A stretch of DNA of 61,314 bases, the filler included, from Jimgerdemannia flammicorona (Eukaryota), in assembly GCA_003990765.1 (NCBI GenBank). It is 3 parts of 3 records of this genome, joined end to end, with 100 filler letters (N's around TTAATTAATTAA, not from the genome) between each part and the next. Parts side by side here need not be neighbours in the genome. Positions count along the whole stretch, not along the records: positions 40,948 to 61,314 come from RBNJ01001698.1; 2 more parts are not named here. One strand, written 5' to 3'. Shown in pieces: positions 46,818 through 58,500 of the stretch. Position 1 is the stretch's first letter. Each line of letters begins with the position of its first letter. Both the position numbers and the translations under genes were made by a program. The notes under the pieces were generated by a model. The model was given only the letters and a program-made list of their open reading frames with translations. It did no database searches and was not told the DNA's origin.

Positions 46818-49800
46818 CAATCACCCTGCCTCTGCTACACTGAACCCTACTCTCTTCAGAACAGCCTCCAAATAACTCTACCATACTCTGTCATAGGCCT
46901 TCTCTTGATCCAGAAAGACCATCCAGCTATCTACCTACCAGCTCCTACAGCCCCCCAAGACATTCTACACTCAGACAGTACTATCTCTGATCTGCCTCTC
47001 CTTGATGAAGCCTTACTGCTCTTTACCAACTAGTACACCAATATACTGTTGCATCCTCCCTGCCAGAATCTTTGAGACCAGCTTTCTATCCACATTCAGC
47101 AGTATGATAGGTTGCCAATTATGCCATACTCAGTGATTTATATAGAAGGGAAACTAATCTCAAGGAACTATTGTCAATCTAGCTGCTCTCCTTCAGAGCA
47201 AAGTTAGCCATCTCCACCAACCAGCCACCAAACTCTATCTGGAACTCCTTCCAGACTTCCCAGGACAACCCATCTTCTCCAGGCAATGAACCAGTCTGTA
47301 TCTTCCTCAATATCTTCAATACTTCATCTAAAGATACCTCCCCCATAACTATCTCCTCTATCTTGGGCAATACTGTCACTGGCCAATTGTTCATCATATT
47401 GTCATTGTCCTCCCAGAGTACTGTATTCTCAGCATGCTCCCTGCTATCCTGCCAGAGAGCCTGCCATTGTCTCGATATCTCTCCCAATATGTCAGCAATC
47501 TCTGAGACCTCCACTCCATCTTCCTGCAAGACTGAGGCCCTGCTATGTCATACCCTCTTGGCCTTCAAAATACTAGATAGATATTTAGTCAGCCTCTCTC
47601 CTTCTTCCAACCATCTAGTCTGTAATCTGACCAGCAGGCCATCTACCACCCTGTTCTCTGATGCCCTCAAATCTGCCTGCAACTCTGCCACCTTCACTGT
47701 CAACTAGTGGTACATCTCTCCAGATAAGTTTCCCCCTTCTAATAGCTTCAGTTGCCATTGCAGCCCCTGCTCTACCCTCCTTTCCTTATCCTTCTGCTCC
47801 TTCTCAGCCACTTCTCCAACATCACACCAGTAAGCACCTGCCAAATGTTTAAATTTACCCCACTATTCTGCTATCAGCTGCCCATCATTCTGCCATCACA
47901 CTACCTCCTGTCTTACAACTGCCACAAATTATTCCCTCTTCTTCTTCCTTCTGAGTAAGGCCATATTGAGACACTAGTGCCCTCCACCACTGTCTGCTTC
48001 TTGGAATCTACCACATATCTCTACTCCCCAATGATCAGACCAAGGGCACCAATGCACCTCTGCAATGTTCAGCACATTACTCCAATACTCAGCTACTAAC
48101 ACCCAGTCTATTTGTATCCCAACTAATCCTTTACCAACTGGGTGCCACTGGGTGAAAGGTCCTGACTTATCCCCCTGATGCTGATGAATGCCATCCACCA
48201 ATTCCATGTCACACTCCACCTGAAACCATCAAGAGCATCTAGAGGGCACCATAGCTCCTGCCCCACTATTGGACCTATCCAGTGTTTGATTACACACCAT
48301 ATTGAAGTCCCCCCCCAGAATGTCCAAAACAACTACCTCCCAATCTTCCCAAGCCTGCCAACTCTCAACTCATTGCTTTTGCTCTCTGCCAACTACAGGG
48401 AGGTAAATTGAGCCTACTGCCAAACCATCACCTGCCCCTTCTTTTAGTCTTCTCCACACCAATCTGTCACCATAGACCTCTACCTCCACCAGCTCACCTT
48501 TGCCTACACTGATCAAGATGCCCACCTGTTTATTCCAACCTGCTCCACCATACCATTCTTTACTCCATACCTCATAGTCTTACTCTCCATAAGCCCAAAT
48601 ATCCTGAAAAAAAACAATATCATATCTCCTGACTTTAAGCTATTGAAATAGCCACTATCTCTTAACACCATCACACAATCCATTGACATTGATTGATAAA
48701 ATATATAAACTATTCATTATCATCAAAGAAATTGTTTAAAGCTCAGCTGGAACTGCCACTACCTTCTCAGCCCTTCCTCTAATGATCTCTTGCTGGTCCT
48801 CACAAATTGCCCTCCAGATACAATTGCCATTCACACTGCTGCAGAAAAGATCCACGCTTTCAGCTGCCACCTTCCTGATTTCTGTCATTCTGCTCTCATC
48901 AACTTCATATTCTTCATCATCCAGAAGAGCCACCACCATTACCATCACCAGCTTGGGCCCCTGCATGGCAATATTGAGAAATCCTTCTCATGCCTCCTGA
49001 GATCCATAAAAAACATCTACTTCCTTGATGTCCTCCTCAGCAAGTTCCTCAAGTACTGCCTGATACCAGTTCTCTGCCATCATTGCCAGGGGCCCAGGAG
49101 TCAATGGTCTAGGGGTCCTGCTTAACTCTTGCAGCTACTCTCTGTCTGCTGACACATCTGAGACCACATCCACCAGCTCATCCTCCTCTGCAACCTTCTC
49201 CAAACACACCACCTCCCCAGCCTCAGGGCACTTCCAATGAACATTCACCACCCCAGCCATACAGGTATTCTCTATCTGAGTCTCCAGTATAACTTCAATA
49301 ACATCCTCAAAGCCCCCATCTCCCACTTCCTCTTTATCTGCCCACTTTCCTCTTGTCAGTGTATGCTCTGAGCTTTCCACACCACCCAACTGGGAGAAGG
49401 ACACCTCTGCTACTTCTACTCCTTCCATCTGATTCTCAACCACCTCTGCTCTTGTCTCCTCTTCCAATGCTACCCCCTGAAGGGCTGCCTGCAGATGCTC
49501 CCAATTCCCTTTTCTTTACCTTTTCTGCTTGCCATCAGCTTGAATCCAGACCCAATCCTTGGTGAACTCTTCTCACTTCCTCTTTCACAGCTCCTTGGCA
49601 GCCTCTCTCTCCTCCAGAGCAATCACCAGCTCTTCCTCCTCCTGTTCTGCTCCTTTCCTCCTCCACACCTTACACTCTTGTCCTCCAATCTGAATACCCT
49701 CAGGCCAATCTCATCTCAGCCCAGTCACCTCAGTTACAGAATTACCTCACAGTTGTCATTCCTCCTTTTGGTGTCCTCTCAAAACATGAATCCAAAATCC

Positions 49801-50740
49801 ACTATCTCACCATAGCTCCCCAGTACCTCCACCACCATCTCCTTGGTCTCCTGTCTGTCCAGAGTCAGCAGGCCTTCCACCACCAACTGCACAGCATATG
49901 GGTCCCACCTCAAACATCTCACCATCCTAATCTGAATGCCCTTGACAGTCAGCTCTTTCTCTAGTGCCTTCATCATCACATCCTCCTCCACAAATCCAAT
50001 CTCCACTGTCTAGGCCAATGGGATAAACTTCAAGAACTCTGCCCCAGCTACTTCATCTCCCACCAGTCTCAGGACCTCCCTAGCTGACATCACCAATTCC
50101 AGAAAATTTGCCAAAACTGCCCATGTTGACACCGACTTGTAAAAGAAGGGCTGCACCACTAGCTCGCTCGTCCCAGCTGCCAGAGTCACCTTCCCTTTGG
50201 TCCCAGAGACACCAGCAGTTACTTCACCAGCCACAACTATACCACCAGCAGTTCTCTCCCCAGCCACCAGCCTAGCCCCAGAAGAACCAGTCCCTGATAT
50301 CACACTACCAGACCCCTGTCACCTGACCCATCACCTGACCCCTCCCCCTGTCAATACTATGCCCCCCCTGCTCCACCCCCAAGGGCCTGGCTGCAACCCT
50401 CCTACTCCTCACCACAGTATACCAGGCCTCAATTCCACCAGACCTCCCCTGACCACCAGTCCCTCCCACAGCTATGTCAGTCTTTGCAATAGCTGCAAAG
50501 CTCTTGAGAAGGCCCAGACCAGACCTCCTCCTCTCCAGACACTCAGAGCTAGAGAAACCTTGACTAGCCATAATACCAAAACTTGACAGTTTTCACTGAA
50601 ACTTGTTGTGCCTTATAGATAGACTCCCACCACATGATGTAAACCAGTGTGTTCAAAATAAAAACTTGAAAATGTGTTGTCTTTCACTAAAAGATGTCTG
50701 TGTGGCTTAGCTCACTCTGAGTGGTTTGAGCAAAAGAAGT
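46818..50740 (-). mobile_element. Degenerate LINE of a second, divergent subfamily (ORF1 about 50571-48736, ORF2 from 48717), cut in RT by the preceding copy
   Basis: CLRWDPYAVQLVVEGL ORF1 core, IDWVL...CPWSDH endonuclease, LPGEDGLSWE; different 5' UTR. Confidence 0.85.
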
Positions 50741-51315
50741 CTTCCTTCATCTAACCCACCACTTCTGCCTCTCATTCCTCTCCCACTATCAGTTCTATCT
50801 ATCTCATTATCTTATACTATGTCAAAATCTCCCCCCAGGCAATCAATCCCAGCCTCACCCATGACACCAGCCTCTCTCAGGCCTCTGACCCAATCTATGT
50901 ATTCCCCCCTCTCAGCTGGGCAATAACATGATCCAACTGTCAAAGGGTTCCATCCAGGTCTCTTCTATACTCCCTATACTAACCTACTCCCCCAATGTTT
51001 AATGTCTCCAATATCCCCTATCCTCTTTTGAACCAGAATGCCCACCTGCCCAGTTCATACAGCTACCCTACCCCATTCTCTAGTCTAGTCCAGTAAGTCT
51101 ATGTCAGCCTCATACTATACATCCTATAGTAAGAAGAGATCTGTATCCAGTCCTCTCAGCCAGCTAAAGATATTCCTTTATTATGCTACTCCTCTCAACC
51201 CATTCACATTCAAAGAAAAGATTCTAGTTATACTGTTCATATTGAAAAAATGTTTGATATTTAAGAGCCCAGTCTAGAATTCCATACTCATCCCATCTCC
51301 AGCCAGATCTAAACA
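50741..51315 (-). mobile_element. LINE fragment (ORF1 end and ORF2 endonuclease start) that hosts two later LINE insertions
   Basis: MNSITRIFSLNVNGL from about 51240; GDFD and DRTD follow. Confidence 0.8.
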
Positions 51316-51316
51316 C

Positions 51317-54300
51317 TTTTTTTTTTTTTTTTTATAGTCGCTTGGACTCCTTTATTCCACTAGTCTAGAAGAGAATGCTATCCAAGTATCTCTACAATTA
51401 CCTTGAAAACAACAATGAACCCAACCCTCAACTATTCATAATAATACAAAGAAGGACCATTTAGCCCACCCCATTCAGCTCACCCCTTCTTTCTACCTCA
51501 CCCCCTTCTCACTAAGTACAAGGTGTTCCTGACTTCTCTGAACAATATCTAACACCTTCTTCATGGCCCCCAACTGGTGCCTCTTCCCCTGATACCACCA
51601 TCCTTGCACTACTTCCAAGAGTAACCCCTTCCACCACTCCACTAATTCTCCAATACCCATCCAGGGATCCCTCTCAAACACCCATTGCCAGTGTACTGCC
51701 ATCAGTACCCAGATGCCGATAATCCGACCCTGGCCTCCCCAGATGTCCCCAATTTCTCCCACCAGGTGACGCTTGATCACTCGACAAGTGGGGCCCCCTG
51801 CCCACTCCCTCTCCTCCCCCCAATAACCCTCCAATGTCTGCCAAAATTCTTTAACCCCTGGACAGGCTGCCAGAACATGCTCCGGCATCTGCACTACTCC
51901 CCCATCCAGCTCACAACACCACTCACATTCCCTTATACCGTCTTCCACCATCCACCCTGTCCTATACCCCAGCATGATGTTCCTCTGCAGAAATTGCCAC
52001 CATACCACCCAGAACTTGGGCGGGGCAATCTTGAGTAGAGAGATCCCCCAACCCCAAATCCGAGCCCATTCCCATTCTTCTCCAAACCCAGCCTTCTGCC
52101 AACCAACTGGCCACCTCTCAAGCGGACCCATCCGGATCCACTCCATCGCCCCCGACAAAGAGTATTCCACCAACTGGCGGCCGCCAATCCGAATCACACC
52201 AAGTCACCACCATTGTCAATCTGGGTCCTCTTCTTCGCCAGGTTCTGGGCCCATGAGGCCCATTGCCAGCCAAGCTTCCACAATACCCCACCAAAATCCC
52301 CTATAACACAACCTGCTAACCCTTCCAACCTGGAGCAAACCTCACATATCCTTCTGAACTTCACTCCAGGGGCAGAACTGCACTTCTCAGTTGTCCATCA
52401 CCAGTTTGCTCCAGCCCTCCCCTCCTAATTCAGCCATCCGACAACCCCACCAGCCTCGGAGCACCTTAAGCCGCCTTCTGAAGTCCACCAACCCCAGACC
52501 GCCATCTGCCCTCATCATCACCATAATTTCCCAGCTAATCTGCAATCTCCTTCCCTGCCACAGCCATCCTTCGACCACCTTCTTCAGCTTTTGAACCACC
52601 CATCCTGGAAAGTCCAGGTGGTACCCCAAGTACCACAGCTTTGGTAACCAATATACATTCAAAACTACAATTCTCCCAACCAAGGAGAAGCCCCTCCCAG
52701 ACCAGCCCACCAAGGCATTCTCCCACTTCTGTATCATTCCACACCACCACTCTTTTGGCAGCACCATCCCATAAACTGAGAACCAGATACCCAGATATCG
52801 AACTGCTTCCCCAGGTCTAACCAAATGTCCAAAATGTCCATGCTCCCCCAACCCAGCTCCAAGCTCCATAGTCTCGCACTTGCCCCAGTTCAGCTTCGCT
52901 CCAGCCAGCATCTCATACTGTCCCACCCCTTCCTATAAGCTCGCCACATCTTCCACACTGCCTAACCCTACTACCATATCGTCTGCAAAAGCCCCCATCT
53001 TCCAGACCACATTCCCCATTTTCAATTCAGTAAGCCTCCCCTTCAACCATGCCAACAAGGGCTCCAAAGATAAAATATAAAGCAGGGGTGAGAGAGGATC
53101 TCCCTGTGGCACACCTCGCCCTAAGAGGAACTCCAGGCCACTCCACCCATTCATCAACACTGCAGCCCGGCAACCTTGCACCAGACCCATCAGCTTTCAA
53201 GCCTCCTCCAGATCAAACCCGACCTTCCGTAGAACTGCCTCCAAGTAGTTCCACTGCACCCTGTCATAAGCCTTCTCCTGATTCAAAAACACCATCCTTC
53301 CATCTACCTGCCGGCTTCGACAACCTTCCAAAACATTTTGTACCCATACTGTGCTGTCTCTAATCTGCCTCCCCTTCATGAACCCTTGCTGTTCATCGCC
53401 CACCATTCGGCCAATCCATTGTTGCATTCTCCCTGCCAGAATCTTGGAGACCAACTTCCTATCCACATTCAGCAACATGATGGACCTCCAATTTCGCCAC
53501 ACACATCTGTCCCCTTTCTCCTTATAGAGCAGAGAGACTAGCCCTAAGGAGCCATTGCCAATCCAGCAGCCTTCCCCCAGTGTAAAGTTCGCCATTTCCA
53601 CAAGCCATTCCCCAAGCTCAGTTTGAAACTCCTTCCAGAACTCCCAAGGCAGTCCATCCTCCCCCGGTGATGAACCAGTCTGCACTTTCCTCAGAACCTC
53701 TAACACTTCTTCAAGGGACACCCCACCCATTACTGCCCCACCAATTGCCGGCTCTGCCACCACTGGCCAGCTGTTGACCAAATTGTTATTGTCCTCCAGT
53801 GCTGCCTCTCCCTCTGCCAGCCCTCCATCATCCTGCCATAGGGTGCACCATTGACCAGAAACCTCCCCTAGCATGTCTGTGATATCGGTCACCTCAGTGC
53901 CATCCTCCCGCAATACGGAAGCCCAGCTGTGCCTCACCCTTCTGGTCTTCAAGACGCCAGACAAGTATTTGGTGGGTCACTCTCCTTCTTCCAACTGCTT
54001 GGCTCGCAATCTTGCCAGCAACCCATCCACCACCCTATCTTCTGCAGCCCTCAAATCTGACCGCAACTCTGCTACCTCCTTGATCAACAGGGAGCGCCGT
54101 TCCCTAGAGGTATTCTCTCCCTCTAAAAGTCTCAACCGCCAGTGCAGCCCCTGCTCTACTCTCCTCTCTCTATCCTTCTGCTCCCTTCCCGCTACCTCTC
54201 CTACATTACGCCAATATGCACCTGCCAGATGTTTAAATTTCCCCCACCACTGTGCTATCGACTGGCCACTATTCTTCCACCGTACCACTTCCTGTCTTGC

Positions 54301-54764
54301 AATTTCCACAAACTGGTCCCACTCCACCTGTCTCTTGAGTAGCGCCACATTAAGTTGCCATCTGCCTCCACCACCACTGGCCACCTGGAATCTCCCACAC
54401 ACCTCTACACCCCAGTGATCTGACCAGGGACACCACCATACCTCAGTCGAATCCAAAACATTACCCCAGCATTCTGCCACCAGAATTCAGTCAATCCTTG
54501 TACCCACCAAATCCTCACCAACCAGATGCCATCTAGTAAATAGCCCTGATTTCTCACCTTGACGTTGTCATACTCCATCAACCAATCCCATTTCCTTCTC
54601 CACTTGAAGCCACCGTGAGAGCCCTGTAGAGACCGCCATGCCGACTCCACCATCAGACCTATCTAATGTCCTGTCACGAATTATGTTGAAGTCTCCTCCC
54701 AAAATGTCCAGCCCAATCTCCTCTTGGCCTTCCCACTCCAGCCAACCTTCCACTCATTGGTTTT
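51317..54764 (-). mobile_element. 3' part of a second-subfamily LINE with poly(A), interrupted by the LTR-like unit
   Basis: Poly(T) at 51317-51333; AATAAAGGAGTCCAAGCGACTAT; GGDFN, WSDH, NQEKAYD, GVPQGDPLSP, AFADD, CEWC...EHVLAAC. Confidence 0.92.
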
Positions 54765-55599
54765 TGTAAGCGCACAACCTCCAAGCCACCGAAATTACAT
54801 GTCACCCTCTGAACAAAGCCACTGAAATCACACACGACCTCTGAACAAATCTGGAAATCACCTGCTTGATCATGAAGCTGAGTCAAACCGAAGTCACAGC
54901 ACACAAAGCTGAGTCAATATGAAGTCATGGAACACAAGATCTACACAAACGGAACCTTACCAATCAGGACCAAATGCATATATACTGAGCACTGAGATGC
55001 ATCGAATCAAAGAACCAAAACAAACAACAACCACAACTTCCAAACACACAAACATGACCACTGAGATCTACAACTGCATCTGTGCTGACATTTGGAATGC
55101 CATTGTCAACCGAGCCACACCCCCTCTACCCCTCATGAATATCCATAGCCTGGCCCCCCTCTACTTCGTGGAAGCCCGATGGAATGCCCTGAACATGCTT
55201 AGTGAGGCCCACCGAATAGGACAAATCTCAAGCTACTACCAGATTGGCCGCCTCTTAGAAGATATGGTCGGACACCACCACGATACAGATATGACCCAGA
55301 TGTCTCAACACCAGAAGCTCATTGCCTGCAAACATCGAGAACTCTTCTATGAGTATAACACCTTTATTCCCCGCCTCCGAGTTACTACCAGCGAAATGGT
55401 TGCTACCCTGTCCTATGGCCAAATCGATGACATGATACAAGAAATCAACCACAAGTACCTCGAGTATGTCGAAACCACAGACAGAACCTTCCCGCACCCT
55501 GACGACCATATCCTGCAAATGCCTCAAGTTGGATATGCCATGAAGGACGTCTACGATATAATCCACTTTGATGAAGACAAAGTAGAAGACAATGATCCC
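54765..55599 (+). mobile_element. Second, less mutated copy (5' part) of the ORF-containing LTR-like unit
   Basis: Starts TGTAAGCGCACAACCTCCAAGCCACC, the reverse complement of the 36350 end, and stays colinear with 36350-35510 until the LINE junction. Confidence 0.88.
54919..55599 (+). CDS. Unknown protein encoded inside the LTR-like unit (N-terminal 227 codons, truncated by a LINE)
   Basis: Open frame with no stops. The same frame is conserved in copy 1 (for example MVATLSYxQIDDMIQE.NHKYL), where the stops arise from C-to-T changes. Confidence 0.7.
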
Positions 55600-58500
55600 C
55601 ACCTTTCTCCTGTATAATTCATGTTACACAAAACTTCAAGCAACAGTTCTCGACACAACTAGGAGTAAAGGTACTAGCAATATGTCTTCAAGCAAGAGTT
55701 CCGACGGGTGTACTGGGTTGGGGGGAGCTGGGGCTTTCAGCTGGCAGCAGGTGGGGAGGGGTTATGGCCTGGGGATGGGGGCCTTTGGAGGGTCGAATGG
55801 TGGTGAGGGCTCTTGAGGAGGACTGGCATCAGGTGGTATTGGTGGAAAGGCTGGTCCCTCGAGCTTTGCTGACAAGGTGAAGGGGAGTGAATGGCCTGCT
55901 AGAGACAGGGCTGGTGCTGCTGTGGGGAAGGGCAAGGCGAGCCTTGGGAGGGAGGGAGGTCCCCGGGCTGGGGGTGCAAGCGTAGGGGCTAGAGGTGTAG
56001 TGGCTGGGGGCATGACTGCTGATGGGAGTGTAATGGGGAATCAAGAAAAAAAAAGAGATGTGACGGCTGATGGCCAGGGGGGGCAGGGGGTCCCAATGCG
56101 GAAGGGGGACCTGGCCGATGGTGTCACAGGGCTGGTGGTGGCCCCATTGCTCAAGAAGTCATCTCGGAGTTCGCGGCCACCTTGTGCTTCTGAGGCTTGG
56201 CGGTGACAGCGAGGATGGTCCTGGGGCTGATCTCGAGGCAGGTGGCTGGGGCAGCTTCGGTGAAGTTCTTGAAGGGACTGGAGGGGGTTGAGGTGGGATT
56301 TGAGGAGGCGGGCCTGTTGGATAAGGCCTTGAAGATGGGAGTGGTGGTTGGGGAGGTGACAGTCCCCATGGTGAGGTGCTTGAGGTGGGACCCCAGGGTG
56401 GTGCAGCTTCTGGTGAGGGGGGTGCCCATAGTGACTAAGGAGGAGACGAGGAGGAGGGTGGAGGAGGTGATGGTTGAGTATGGGGACATGGTGGACATTG
56501 GCTTTCAGATGTGGGAGGGGATGTCTATCAGGACAGGCGATGTGGATGTCAGGATTAGATTGGCAGGGAAGGAGGCCACAGGGAAGACGAGTGATTGGCC
56601 GTTGGTGCTGATGTGGGGGGCCATCGTTTGCAAGGTGTCAAGGGTGAAGGGGAGTGAAGAGGAGGAGGAGGACTTGTTGGAGGCATTGGAGGAGCTGGGT
56701 GGTGCTGTGGAAAGGAGGGCGAAGGCCTGGAAACTGTATGAGGAGTCGACGCATCTGGAGGTTGTGGGCGGGAGGCGTATCCATATGAGTAAGAGGTAGT
56801 GGGAGTGGATTCAGGGACGCAAGAAGCAGAAGGAGCTATTGGCAGGTATGACTGGTGGGGGGAAGCAGAAGTCAGGTGAGGCTGAGGAGGCTGGAGGCGC
56901 TGAGGCCAGTGTCTGGGTGGGTAAAGGGAAGGAGGAGGTGGAGGTGAAGGAGGCAGGGGCTGAGAAGGGGCAGGACCAGGACCCGTTTGCTGATGGCACA
57001 TTTGAAGTGTGGGAGCCAGAGTTGGATGCCACCCTGCCCCCACTCATCAGGAGGGGCCCAGTGGGGAAGCGAGGGAGGTCAGAGGACACATGGATGCAGG
57101 GGGCCCAGCAGGTGTGTTTTGGGGTCCCTGATATGGCTCAAGGGGGTCAGGTGGTAGCTGTCGGTGAGGATGAGCTGGTGGATGTCCCTGAGGAGGAGTG
57201 GGATGAGGCTGCTAGTATAGGAGCTGATACCATGATATTGGATGCAGGGTGGCCGGGGACTCTGGGAGGGAAGGAGGTGGGAAACTTGTTGTGGGTGCGC
57301 AAGGTGATGGATAACCTCGCGGCAGAAGCCTTGGGGGAGGTGGACCTGTGAGCGATGCCTGAGGAGCATTGGGCAAGGATCCTGCATGGGGATGGAATGG
57401 TAGAGGTATTGAAGTTGGAGATTCTGGCGATTTTGATAGAGGAGGAGGGATATGAGGTGGACGAGGTGAGGAAGGCAGAGCTGGGGGTGGTCGCTGGTGA
57501 GCGGGCAGATTACTGTTGGGCAGAGCATCATGGTCTGCAGCTCTGGCAGGAGGCCTGTCTGGAGTATCGCAAGGATTTTGAGGAGTGTGAGGATGGGGCT
57601 ATGGTCGAACTTCTGGGAGAGTTGGAGGCGCGGGAAGCAGGGGAGAGGGAGCTAGCTGCTGAACTCAACTTGGACTTAGCACAGGAGAGGCAGGATGCGG
57701 ACTTGTAGAGGATGGGCCCTGACATATAACATTATTCCTTATGAACAGTATAACTAACATTTTTTCCTTGAATGTGAATAGGCTGAGGGGCTCTGGGCAG
57801 CGCAGGAACATTTTTACTTGGCTCAAGAGATTGGAGGCTGATCTCTTTTTATTGCAAGATGTTCGATATGAGGAAGAGGATGATCGCATAGAGTGGACTA
57901 AGGAGTGGGGGGGGGCTGCTGCTTGGTTTGGAAAGGTGGCAATTCTGGTGAGGAAGGGCAGAGGAGACTTGGGGGGGATTCAGAGCTGGGGCGATCGCTT
58001 GGTCTGGGGAGATTGGCATCGGCCAGGGTGGGAGTCAGTGAAGGTGGGCTCTTGCTATTGTCCTGCGGCTAGGGGTGAGAGGACTGCATGAATTAGGGGA
58101 TTGCTGGAGGAGGGTATTCTCCTGGAGGAAGGGGTCGATGTTCTCGGTGGGGACTTTAATATGGTTAGGGATCAGCAGTTGGATAGGACTGATGGCAAGT
58201 GGGGTACTGGAGGTCGAAGTGGAGGTCTGGATGCTTGGGAGGAGGTGGAGATGCTGAGCTCCTTGGGGGATATGGGCCGAGAGAGGTGGGGTGACAACAG
58301 GGTCTACACGCATTGGGTGAATGGCCTGGGCATGAGGATTGACTGGATTTTGACGGCAGAGTGCTGGGGGCCAGATGTTTGGAGGGCATTGGAAGTAGAG
58401 TGGTGCCCATGGTCTGATCACTGGGGACTATTGGGACAGGGGCAGTTTGGGGGGAGTGGAGATGGACCCGGACATTGGCACCTTAACTCCTCCCTGCTGG

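Noticed and set aside
55592..55617. C-terminus HLSPV* of ORF 54919-55617
   Set aside because: These codons come from the inserted LINE 5' end; copy 1 shows the native frame continuing as PSDADMTSS.
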